A program made the position numbers and the translations under genes. Positions 39,901-48,892 of a DNA stretch of 52,749 nt are shown one piece after another. Within the stretch, counting starts at the first letter, position 1, and each line of letters starts with the position of its first letter. Location of the stretch: sequence record SRR31156797_3954, one strand, 5' to 3'. The notes beneath the pieces were generated by a model. That model was not told where the DNA came from, made no database searches, and saw only the letters and a program-made list of their open reading frames with translations.

Positions 39901-42900
39901 TCACATAATTTTTTTTAGCTTTTCATAGGCTGCACTAATATTATTTATTCCACTGAATACAAGACGCAACCGCTCATTCTTTTCTTCAATTTTTCCCAAA
40001 GTATTATTCACCTGAAGATTTTGTAAAATTTTCATGAAAACCCCGGATTCATAATACGAACTTTCTTTATTTGAGATAAACCAGCAAAGCATTTTGCCGT
40101 TTTTAATTACTATTTTTTCAAACCCAGCACGCTGAGCAATCATTCGGACACGCACCACTTCGAGCAAATCTTTAGCCTGACTAGGTAATGGTCCAAAACG
40201 ATCTTCTAAGCGCTCTTCAAACAATAATAATTCTTTACTGTCTATAATTTCATCAAGCTCTCGGTATAGTTTTATACGCTCAGACACATTTCCTACATAT
40301 TGGTCTGGTAAACGAACTTCAAAGTCGGTATCCACGTGACAATCTCTGGCCCATGATTTCAACTTATCATCTTTCGCCTTATCTTCATCTGCAAACAAAT
40401 CAGAAAATTCTGTTTCTTTCAATTCAAACATGGCTTCGTCCAATATTTGCTGATATGTTTCCAAACCAACATCAGCAATAAAGCCACTTTGCTCTGCCCC
40501 AAGCAAATTACCGGCACCACGTATGTCTAAATCTTGCATGGCTATATTAAAGCCACTTCCAAGCTCTGAAAACATCTCCACAGCATCTAATCTGCGACGA
40601 GCTTCATTTGTAAGCGTAACCAATGGTGGAGTAAGCAAATAACAAAAAGCTTTTTTATTGGAGCGCCCTACTCTTCCACGCAACTGGTGCAAATCGCTCA
40701 ATCCATAATTTTGCGCATCGTTAATTAAAATGGTATTGGCATTTGGAATATCTAATCCCGATTCAATTATGGTAGTGGCGATCAATACATCATATTTTTG
40801 TTCGATAAAATCTAACATTACCTTTTCAAGTCTTTTGCCTTCCATTTGGCCATGTGCATACACTGTACTTGCTTCTGGTATTATTCGTTTTATCATCGCT
40901 TCAACCTCGGCAATGTTCTGCACCCTATTATGAATAAAAAAGACCTGACCTCCTCTTGAAACCTCATAGTGAATAGCCTCACGAATAACCTGCTCGTTAA
41001 AGGGATGTAATTCAGTAGTAATTGGATAGCGGTTTGGTGGAGGTGTGTTGATAATTGAGAGATCTCTTGCGCCCATCAATGAAAACTGCAATGTACGTGG
41101 AATTGGTGTAGCAGTCATTGTCAAAGTATCCACATTGGCTTTCATTGCTCTAATTTTCTCTTTGGTAGCCACACCAAATTTTTGTTCTTCATCATTAATT
41201 AGTAAACCTAAATCTTTAAACTTAATATCTTTCCCAACCAATCGATGTGTGCCAATTAAAATGTCTATTTCACCGGTTTCGAGCTCTTTTAAAATTCTTC
41301 TTTGCTCCTTAGCTGAGCGCATTCTGGATATATAATCAACTTTTACCGGAAAGTTTTTTAATCTATCCGAAAAGGTTTTATAATGCTGAAAAGCCAGTAT
41401 TGTAGTAGGCACCAAAACAGCTACTTGTTTACTATCACACGCAGCCTTGAATGCAGCACGAATAGCAATTTCTGTTTTACCAAAACCCACATCTCCACAG
41501 ACCAATCTATCCATTGGAATATCTTCTTCCATATCAGCTTTTACGTTCTGAGTTGCTTTGAGCTGATCGGGAGTATCCTCGTATATAAATGAAGCTTCTA
41601 ACTGTTCATTCAAATATGAATCACCACTAAATGCAAATCCCTTTTTCTCTCTTCGGGCAGCATAGAGCTTAATTAAATCGCGTGCAATATCCTTAACTTT
41701 AGACTTGGTCTTACTTTTCAGTTTAGCCCAGGTGGCTGATCCAAGCTTATGTATTCTGGGAGGAGTATTGTCTTTTCCTTTATATTTTGAAATGCGATGC
41801 AAGGAATGAATATTCACATAAAGCACATCATTGTCACGATATATAAGTTTGATGGTTTCCTGAGGCTTGCCATTTATTTCAATCTTTTCCAGGCCTCCAA
41901 ACTTACCTACTCCATGATCAATATGCACCACATAATCACCCGGATGTAAACGACTTAACTCTTTTAGCGAAATAGCATCCTTTTTATTAAAGCGCTGTTT
42001 TAGCATAAAACGCTGATACCTTTCAAAAATCTGATGATCAGTGTAGCAAGCTAATTTTAAGTCGTGATCAATAAAACCCTGATGAAGGCGTCCAATAAGC
42101 GGAGAAAAATTAACATCTGTTTCAATCTCTGCAAAAATGTGAGATAACCTGTCTATTTGACTTTGCTGAGTAGAAATAATTACATTCTTATAACCACTCA
42201 TTGCATTTTGCTTCAGGTTTTCAGCAATAAGATCAAACTTTTTATTGAATGCCGGTTGGATATCAGTATTAAAGTCAACTGTTTTATGTATATCTGATGA
42301 TTTACTTTTAGCATCAATTGAATAAAATTGATCACCTAAAAAGTTAACCTTTTCTTTTTCAACAATAGCATCGGCCACATCAATATTAAATGCATCCTTT
42401 AATTCATCAGCCTTTTGAATAGCTATATCAATGGTTTGAAGAATACTTTCTTTTACTCTTTCGGAATCTTTTGCAATTAAAATGACATTTTCATCCAACA
42501 GACTTAAAAGATCGGTTCTGTTTTTAAAGAGTGTTTCATCGTTAAGATCTGGTATTATTTTTACTTCTTCGAATGTTTCTTTGGAGAGTTGATTCTCAAT
42601 ATCAAAAGTTCTGAGACTCTCAACTTCTTCACCAAAAAAATCAATTCTATATGGCCAATCAGCTGCATATGAAAAAACATCGATTAACCCGCCACGCATA
42701 GCATATTGACCCGGTTGATATACAAAATCAACTCGTTCAAAACCATAAGTCATTAGAACCTCTTCTATAAAATCTGTAGAAAGTTTATCCCCTATTTTTA
42801 CATTTAAGGTATTTTCTTGTAATGCAGCGGGAAGGAATACTTTTTCAGCTAAAGCTTCGGGGTATGTGATCAGGATCATCTGATCAAAACGTGGATTAAA

Positions 42901-43233
42901 AAAGTTAGTAAGAGCTTCTGTTCTTAACAGACTACTTTCCGGATCGGGCTGGCCGTAAGCAATAGATCTCTTAAATGCTGAAGGCATAAAATACACACAC
43001 CCATCACAAGAAAACAACTCAAGTTCATTTTGCAACTGAGCTCCATCCTCTTTCTCATCAACAACTAAAATTGCCTTTTTACCAACCCTTTTTGCACACA
43101 AAAGGCTCATCAGTGATAACGATGAACCTTTTAAACCTTCCCATACAAGGTGTTTGTTTTGCTCTAAAATTGTTTTGGTTTCTGCTAATCCTGGATGTTG
43201 ATTTAATAATTGTAAAAACTCTTTCTTGTCCAC
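39901..43233 (-). CDS. mfd: Transcription-repair coupling factor
   Basis: GTG start; UvrB-like N-domain, GDYVVHIDHGVG (RID), GDVGFGKTE, DEEQKFG, QLRGRVGR, TRCF C-terminal domain. Confidence 0.98.
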   Translation of the reverse strand: MDKKEFLQLLNQHPGLAETKTILEQNKHLVWEGLKGSSLSLMSLLCAKRVGKKAILVVDEKEDGAQLQNELELFSCDGCVYFMPSAFKRSIAYGQPDPESSLLRTEALTNFFNPRFDQMILITYPEALAEKVFLPAALQENTLNVKIGDKLSTDFIEEVLMTYGFERVDFVYQPGQYAMRGGLIDVFSYAADWPYRIDFFGEEVESLRTFDIENQLSKETFEEVKIIPDLNDETLFKNRTDLLSLLDENVILIAKDSERVKESILQTIDIAIQKADELKDAFNIDVADAIVEKEKVNFLGDQFYSIDAKSKSSDIHKTVDFNTDIQPAFNKKFDLIAENLKQNAMSGYKNVIISTQQSQIDRLSHIFAEIETDVNFSPLIGRLHQGFIDHDLKLACYTDHQIFERYQRFMLKQRFNKKDAISLKELSRLHPGDYVVHIDHGVGKFGGLEKIEINGKPQETIKLIYRDNDVLYVNIHSLHRISKYKGKDNTPPRIHKLGSATWAKLKSKTKSKVKDIARDLIKLYAARREKKGFAFSGDSYLNEQLEASFIYEDTPDQLKATQNVKADMEEDIPMDRLVCGDVGFGKTEIAIRAAFKAACDSKQVAVLVPTTILAFQHYKTFSDRLKNFPVKVDYISRMRSAKEQRRILKELETGEIDILIGTHRLVGKDIKFKDLGLLINDEEQKFGVATKEKIRAMKANVDTLTMTATPIPRTLQFSLMGARDLSIINTPPPNRYPITTELHPFNEQVIREAIHYEVSRGGQVFFIHNRVQNIAEVEAMIKRIIPEASTVYAHGQMEGKRLEKVMLDFIEQKYDVLIATTIIESGLDIPNANTILINDAQNYGLSDLHQLRGRVGRSNKKAFCYLLTPPLVTLTNEARRRLDAVEMFSELGSGFNIAMQDLDIRGAGNLLGAEQSGFIADVGLETYQQILDEAMFELKETEFSDLFADEDKAKDDKLKSWARDCHVDTDFEVRLPDQYVGNVSERIKLYRELDEIIDSKELLLFEERLEDRFGPLPSQAKDLLEVVRVRMIAQRAGFEKIVIKNGKMLCWFISNKESSYYESGVFMKILQNLQVNNTLGKIEEKNERLRLVFSGINNISAAYEKLKKIM

Positions 43234-43243
43234 TTAATTTACT

Positions 43244-43648
43244 TTAAAAATCATCGTCATCATCGTCGTCATCATCAACACCAACTAGTTTAATTGGAAC
43301 TTTTTTAAGCATTTGATAAATCTCGCCTTCTGATTGAATATCATCATCATCTGTATTATAATACCAAAGCACATCTATTTTCAACCCTGAAGAATAAAGC
43401 TCTTCCAATTTGGTCAATATCAACGAAATCATTTTTGCAGATGCACTATTTAAATAATCCATCCTGAACTTCATCTTTATATCACCTTTAGCATCAGCCA
43501 GGTTCCGCTCTATCCATTTCAAAACAGGATCGTAGGTTTTCACTACATTTTCTGGCAATGACCTCCCTGAAATCTCATAGTGACTTGCTCCCGGATCAAA
43601 AACAACTTTTGGCGTTTTTGGCGTTGCTTCAATGATTAATGGTTCCAT
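43244..43648 (-). CDS. SiaC/DUF1987-family regulatory phosphoprotein
   Basis: IEATPKTPKVVFD, ISGRSLPEN, YLNSAS and WYY..DDDD...GE motifs; Asp9 tail. Confidence 0.8.
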   Translation of the reverse strand: MEPLIIEATPKTPKVVFDPGASHYEISGRSLPENVVKTYDPVLKWIERNLADAKGDIKMKFRMDYLNSASAKMISLILTKLEELYSSGLKIDVLWYYNTDDDDIQSEGEIYQMLKKVPIKLVGVDDDDDDDDDF

Positions 43649-43765
43649 AAAAATGACTTTCGTTTCAAACTAGAATGATAAAGATATAATATCTGATTGA
43701 AATAACGAAATTAATCAAATGTTAAGTAAACACAATTTTGAATCTTTTATCGCTTTAGCTTTTCC

Positions 43766-44083
43766 TTATGAATCTAAAGTATTCCAATATCTACGAGTAG
43801 ATGGAAAGGATTTTATATTATGCTCTAAATCTTTGAAAGCTTTGTTTAAAGCTTTCAAATCGGTTAGTATACCATAAAACAATTGCTCCATATCTTCATC
43901 TGAAATCTTACCGTCAAGTTTATCAACGAGCCATTTTAAAGAATTTTTTCCATAATAAAAATGAATTCCATCTAATCTTTCAGATTTACCGGAAAGGGTA
44001 CAATAAACCTCTAAACCTCTGTTAGAGAGCTCAGGGTAATCATTTGTAACCTTTTCATAAAGCGAACAACAAGTATGTGCCAT
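43766..44083 (-). CDS. Hypothetical protein (105 aa)
   Basis: Start moved to ATG 44083 (MAHTCCSLY...); minus-strand TAAATTTG box at 44151-44158. Confidence 0.55.
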   Translation of the reverse strand: MAHTCCSLYEKVTNDYPELSNRGLEVYCTLSGKSERLDGIHFYYGKNSLKWLVDKLDGKISDEDMEQLFYGILTDLKALNKAFKDLEHNIKSFPSTRRYWNTLDS

Positions 44084-44190
44084 AGTGATATGTTTTTTGT
44101 TAATTTTTATCAATTGGGATATATAATTTACGATAATTATCAATAGCAGCCAAATTTATTATGTCCCAAAATGAACATTAATTAAAAATA

Positions 44191-44222
44191 TTTGTAGTTT
44201 AAGAAAAGGTTTTATATTATTG
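44191..44222 (+). promoter_or_regulatory. Putative his operon promoter (-33/-7)
   Basis: TTTG (44191-44194), 20-nt spacer, TATTATTG (44215-44222; one mismatch). Confidence 0.55.
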
Positions 44223-44230
44223 TGCCTGAA

Positions 44231-44284
44231 ATGAAGAAACAAACTTTACATACTGCAAACCATCATCATCATATGAAAATGTGA
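44231..44284 (+). CDS. hisL: His operon leader peptide 1 (MKKQTLHTANHHHHMKM)
   Basis: 17-aa ORF with 5 CAT codons, 4 consecutive, followed by an attenuator hairpin. Confidence 0.85.
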   Translation: MKKQTLHTANHHHHMKM

Positions 44285-44317
44285 CGACTGGCAGTAGTAT
44301 GCATAAGCAAAAAATAT

Positions 44318-44354
44318 AAAAGAGGCTTGCAGAAACTGCAAGCCTCTTTTTTTT
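44318..44354 (+). terminator. Attenuator terminator 1
   Basis: AAAAGAGGCTTGCAG-AAA-CTGCAAGCCTCTTTT perfect stem ending in a T8 tract. Confidence 0.9.
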
Positions 44355-44394
44355 ATTAAAACAAAACTTTAAAAATATAATAAACTAAAAAAAT

Positions 44395-44484
44395 ATGAAG
44401 CAAATTAACCCCATACAAATCCATCATCATATGCATCATCATTTCCGATACCGAAGGTACACGGCAAAATGCGTATGGTCATAA
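44395..44484 (+). CDS. hisL: His operon leader peptide 2 (MKQINPIQIHHHMHHHFRYRRYTAKCVWS)
   Basis: 29-aa ORF with 6 CAT codons (HHH-M-HHH), followed by an attenuator hairpin. Confidence 0.85.
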   Translation: MKQINPIQIHHHMHHHFRYRRYTAKCVWS

Positions 44485-44506
44485 AACTCATTAATTTTAG
44501 TTACAG

Positions 44507-44537
44507 AGGGCCGGCAGCAAATGCCGGCCCTTTTTTT
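44507..44537 (+). terminator. Attenuator terminator 2
   Basis: AGGGCCGGCA-GCAAA-TGCCGGCCCT stem, T7 tract, 30 nt before hisG ATG. Confidence 0.9.
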
Positions 44538-44567
44538 ATTCAAGAAATTAAACATAAAACAAATAAA

Positions 44568-45425
44568 ATGGAAAAAATTACAATTGCAGTACAGAAGAAA
44601 GGTCGCATGAGCGACAAATCATTACAACTTTTTAAAGAAAGTGGAATCAGATTTACCAATGGGGAGAGACGATTAATTGCGCTTTCGAATGACTTTCCTA
44701 TTCGCCTGCTATACTTGCGCGACGATGATATTCCACAATACGTTGCAGATGGCGTCGCAGATGCGGGGATTGTTGGTGAAAATGAGGTTTTGGAAAAACG
44801 AAAACCTGTCGATATTGATCTCCGTCTGGGATTTGCAAAATGCAGATTATCCCTTGCTATACCTAAAGATATCAAGTACAAGGATAATAGCTACTTTAAC
44901 GGAAAGCGAATCGCTACCAGTTATCCTCAGATCCTCACTAAATATTTAATTAAAAACAACATCAGAGCTGAAGTGCACGAAATTAGTGGATCAGTAGAAA
45001 TTGCCCCGGGAATTGGGCTTGCTGACGGTATTTTTGATATTGTAAGTTCTGGTAGCACTTTAATTAGCAATGGCCTAAAAGAAGTTGAAACAGTTTTGAA
45101 AAGTGAAGCTGTATTAATAAAGAACATGGCTATATCTAAAGAAAAACAAGCACTACTTGACCAATTGATTTTTAGAATCAATGCCGTGCGAGCTGCTGAT
45201 AATAACAAATACATTTTGCTGAATGCTCCAAACGAAAAGCTTGATGATATCATTGCTTTAATTCCGGGCATGAAAAGCCCAACTGTGGTGCCTTTGGCTG
45301 ATAAAGGTTGGAGTTCAGTACACTCTGTAGTAAATGAATACAAGTTCTGGGAAGTAATTGATGAACTAAAAAATGCAGGTGCAGAGGGAATTTTAGTCAC
45401 TTCACTTGAAAAAATGATTGTTTAA
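44568..45425 (+). CDS. hisG: ATP phosphoribosyltransferase (long form)
   Basis: Start moved to ATG 44568 (MEKITIAVQKKGR); RDDDIP, IATSYP, GSVE, DIVSSGSTL; C-terminal regulatory domain. Confidence 0.97.
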   Translation: MEKITIAVQKKGRMSDKSLQLFKESGIRFTNGERRLIALSNDFPIRLLYLRDDDIPQYVADGVADAGIVGENEVLEKRKPVDIDLRLGFAKCRLSLAIPKDIKYKDNSYFNGKRIATSYPQILTKYLIKNNIRAEVHEISGSVEIAPGIGLADGIFDIVSSGSTLISNGLKEVETVLKSEAVLIKNMAISKEKQALLDQLIFRINAVRAADNNKYILLNAPNEKLDDIIALIPGMKSPTVVPLADKGWSSVHSVVNEYKFWEVIDELKNAGAEGILVTSLEKMIV

Positions 45426-45441
45426 TTCTAACTCACAAACA

Positions 45442-46737
45442 ATGCAATACATTCAATATCAAACAGAAGCAGACCTCGAAAGGGTCATAAAACGACCAAC
45501 TTTTGACAGCAGTGATTTAATTCCTGAAGTGCAACAAATTATGAACTATGTGAGTAAAAATGGAGACCATGCATTAATGGAATTAACCAAAAAATTTGAT
45601 GGTGTTAATCTGCAAAAAATAATCATTGACAAAGTACAAATTATTGCTTCGGAAGGTGCTGTTACAAACGAACTGAAACAAGCTATAAATCAAGCTGCAC
45701 AGAACATCAAAAAATTCCACAATGCCCAAATTCCTGAGACAATAGAGATCGAAGTGGCTCCAGGAATAAACTGTTCTCAGAGAGCAGTACCCATTGAAAA
45801 AGTTGGATTGTATGTTCCTGGTGGAACAGCTCCCCTGTTTTCATCTGTTTTAATGCTTGCCATTCCCGCCGTATTAGCAGGATGCAAAGAAATTATTCTG
45901 TGTACTCCTCCCAATCGCCTAGGAAAAATCCCTGATCCTATGTTATATGCTGCTAAAGTAGCAGGTTTAGAGAAAATTTATTGTGTTGGAGGAGCCCAAG
46001 CTATCGCTGCAATGACTTACGGCACCGAAAGTATTCCCAAAGTTGACAAGATCCTGGGTCCGGGTAATCAATATGTTACAGCAGCAAAGCAATTGGCTTT
46101 TTTACAAGGTACCGCTATAGATATGCCAGCCGGTCCAAGTGAGGTACTCGTAATTGCAGATGAAACATCAAACCCTGCTTTTGTTGCTGCAGACCTTCTT
46201 TCGCAAGCAGAACACGGAATTGACAGTCAGGTTGTACTTGTGTGTACATCATCGGATCTAATTCAACTTATCAAAAAAGAAATCGAGACACAATTAGAAA
46301 TATTGCCCAGAAAATTAATCGCAGCTGAAGCACTTAAAAACAGCACCATAGTGCTTGTATCAGATCTGGATGTAGCAATGATTGTTTCTAATGCCTATGC
46401 ACCTGAGCACTTAATTATTGCTTCTGAAAACAATAAATATTTGGTTGACAAAATCGTAAATGCAGGATCAGTGTTTCTAGGCAACCTAACACCAGAAAGT
46501 GCCGGTGATTATGCATCAGGAACTAATCACACCCTGCCAACAAATATGGCAGCTCGGGCATTTAGCGGCGTCAACATGGATGCTTTCATAAAAAAAATAA
46601 CATTCCAGGAGCTTAATTCTGAAGGAATTCAAAGCATAGGTAATTCAGTTTTCACAATGGCGCTTAATGAGGAATTGCAAGCTCACGCTAATGCAATGTT
46701 GTTAAGATTAAACAGTATTCAAAATCAGCTATCATGA
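45442..46737 (+). CDS. hisD: Histidinol dehydrogenase
   Basis: Start ATG 45442; YVPGG, GGAQAIAA, GPGNQYV, DMPAGPSE, SQAEH, APEHL, GDYASGTNHTLPT. Confidence 0.98.
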   Translation: MQYIQYQTEADLERVIKRPTFDSSDLIPEVQQIMNYVSKNGDHALMELTKKFDGVNLQKIIIDKVQIIASEGAVTNELKQAINQAAQNIKKFHNAQIPETIEIEVAPGINCSQRAVPIEKVGLYVPGGTAPLFSSVLMLAIPAVLAGCKEIILCTPPNRLGKIPDPMLYAAKVAGLEKIYCVGGAQAIAAMTYGTESIPKVDKILGPGNQYVTAAKQLAFLQGTAIDMPAGPSEVLVIADETSNPAFVAADLLSQAEHGIDSQVVLVCTSSDLIQLIKKEIETQLEILPRKLIAAEALKNSTIVLVSDLDVAMIVSNAYAPEHLIIASENNKYLVDKIVNAGSVFLGNLTPESAGDYASGTNHTLPTNMAARAFSGVNMDAFIKKITFQELNSEGIQSIGNSVFTMALNEELQAHANAMLLRLNSIQNQLS

Positions 46738-47780
46738 ATTTAAAAGACATTACAAGAACCAATATATGGAATCTTAAAGCATACAGTTCAGCCAGAAGCC
46801 TGAATATGCAAAAGGATTTAGTTTTATTGGATGCCAACGAAAATCCGTTTTCTGAGAATGGACGTTATCCTGATCCTAACCAAACTGAACTTCGGGAATC
46901 ATTATCAAACTATTACGGAATTCCGGCAAACGCTATCATGCCCGGAAATGGATCTGATGAACTTATCGATTTGTTGTTCAGAGCTTTTACAGAACCAGGT
47001 GAATCTAATATTGTTTTGCCAGATCCAACCTATGGTATGTATGAGGTTTCTGCCAATGTGCAAAACTGCTTAATTCAAAAAGTTTTGCTCAATGATGATT
47101 TCTCTTTGAATGCTTCAAGAATTTTAGCTGCGACGGACTCAAACACGCGAATTATTTTTATCTGTTCGCCCAACAACCCCACAGGAAACGAATTTGATCC
47201 GATGGAAATTGAAAAAGTGCTAAAATCATTCAATGGCATCGTTGTTTTAGATCAAGCATATGCTGATTTCAGTGAAAAACCCAAATGGAGAAATCGCATC
47301 AATGAATTTCCTAATCTGGCTGTTTTGCAAACATTCAGCAAAGCCTGGGGTATGGCAGCATTGCGAATGGGAGTTTTATTTACCAATCCGGAGATAATAG
47401 AAATCCTGATGCGCATCAAATTACCCTATAATATGAACGAACTCACTCAGCAAGTGGTGATTAATGCCTTAAAAAACAAAAATCAGGTTTCGAATTGGAT
47501 TCAATATATTAAAACAGAAAGACAAAGATTAGTTGAAGTACTGGAAAGATTAAGCTTAACTAAAGATATTTTCCCAACAGATGCCAATTATGTACTGGCC
47601 CGTCTTTCAGATGCCAATTTAGTTTATAATAAACTTAAAGAAAAAGGGATAATTGTGCGCAATAGAAGCAACCAGCCCTTATGTGAAAACACCCTTCGAA
47701 TTTCAATTGGCACTCCTGAAGAGAATAACACTTTATTTGAAGCACTTGTAGAAATAGACAACAATTTAAATATAGATTAA
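46734..47780 (+). CDS. hisC: Histidinol-phosphate aminotransferase
   Basis: LDANENP, GNGSDE, SPNNPTG, DQAY, TFSKAWG..ALRMG. Confidence 0.97.
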   Translation: MNLKDITRTNIWNLKAYSSARSLNMQKDLVLLDANENPFSENGRYPDPNQTELRESLSNYYGIPANAIMPGNGSDELIDLLFRAFTEPGESNIVLPDPTYGMYEVSANVQNCLIQKVLLNDDFSLNASRILAATDSNTRIIFICSPNNPTGNEFDPMEIEKVLKSFNGIVVLDQAYADFSEKPKWRNRINEFPNLAVLQTFSKAWGMAALRMGVLFTNPEIIEILMRIKLPYNMNELTQQVVINALKNKNQVSNWIQYIKTERQRLVEVLERLSLTKDIFPTDANYVLARLSDANLVYNKLKEKGIIVRNRSNQPLCENTLRISIGTPEENNTLFEALVEIDNNLNID

Positions 47781-47781
47781 A

Positions 47782-48882
47782 ATGCAGAAAATATTATTCA
47801 TAGATCGCGATGGAACGCTTATTAAAGAACCACCAACAGATTATCAAATTGATGCACTGGAAAAGTTTGCTTTGGTGCCCGGAGTAATTTCTGCATTAAA
47901 GCAAATTATCACTAAAGCCGATTACAAACTCGTAATGGTTTCCAATCAGGATGGTTTGGGTACAGAATCTTTTCCAGAAGAAACATTTACCCCTCACCAA
48001 AATTTATTGATCGACATTTTAGCCTCAGAAGGAATCACATTTGATGAAATTCTGATAGATCCTTCAATGCCAGAAGAAAATAGTCCTAATCGGAAACCCG
48101 GTATTGGAATGTTAAAAGGCTATTTCAATGGACAATACAACCTCAGTGAATCCTATGTAATTGGCGATCGCTATACAGATGTGCAACTGGCAGAAAATAT
48201 TGGCGCAAAGGCTATCTTCTTTAACACTGAAAACAATAAAACCAGTAGCGCCATAAAACTAAAAACAACGAATTGGCAAGAAATTGCTGACTATTTTACA
48301 ACTACTAATCGTAAAGCTGAAATCATCCGTAAAACAAAAGAAACTGATATCTCAGTTAAACTAAATCTGGATCAATTTGAAAATCCTGAAGTCGAGACTG
48401 GTATTGGTTTCTTTGACCATATGTTAGAGCAAATTGGATTTCATGGAAACGTCCAATTAAAAATAAAAACCGTCGGTGATTTAGAAGTTGATGAGCACCA
48501 TACCATTGAAGACACTGGATTAGCTTTAGGTGAAGCTTTTGCAAAAGCCCTGGAAAACAAAAAAGGCCTTGCACGTTATGGTTTCACGCTACCCATGGAC
48601 GAATCTCTGGCCAATGTAGCCATTGACTTTGGTGGTCGCCCTTACCTAAAATGGGATGTAGAATTTATTCGAGATACAGTTGGCAATATTGATGTCACAC
48701 TTTTCGAGCACTTTTTCAGATCATTTGCACAAAAAGCTGCCTGCACACTCCATATTAAGGCCTGTGGCAAAAACGACCACCACATTATTGAGGGTGTTTT
48801 CAAAGCTTTTGCAAGAGCAGTTCGTATGGCAATAGCCAAGACAGACGATGGCATTTTACCTTCATCAAAAGGAAATATTTAA
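47782..48882 (+). CDS. hisB: Bifunctional histidinol-phosphatase/imidazoleglycerol-phosphate dehydratase
   Basis: HAD DRDGT N-domain; FFDHML, DEHHTIED, NDHHIIE, PSSKG. Confidence 0.97.
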   Translation: MQKILFIDRDGTLIKEPPTDYQIDALEKFALVPGVISALKQIITKADYKLVMVSNQDGLGTESFPEETFTPHQNLLIDILASEGITFDEILIDPSMPEENSPNRKPGIGMLKGYFNGQYNLSESYVIGDRYTDVQLAENIGAKAIFFNTENNKTSSAIKLKTTNWQEIADYFTTTNRKAEIIRKTKETDISVKLNLDQFENPEVETGIGFFDHMLEQIGFHGNVQLKIKTVGDLEVDEHHTIEDTGLALGEAFAKALENKKGLARYGFTLPMDESLANVAIDFGGRPYLKWDVEFIRDTVGNIDVTLFEHFFRSFAQKAACTLHIKACGKNDHHIIEGVFKAFARAVRMAIAKTDDGILPSSKGNI

Positions 48883-48892
48883 AAAAAATACT

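Noticed and set aside
44261-44442. (CAT)n tracts as phase-variable microsatellites
   Set aside because: Both are in-frame His codons in short ORFs followed by terminators upstream of hisG; attenuation explains them.
44469-44567. 33-aa N-terminal extension of HisG in the ORF track
   Set aside because: It starts inside leader 2 and runs through terminator 2; HisG similarity begins at MEKITIAVQK (44568).
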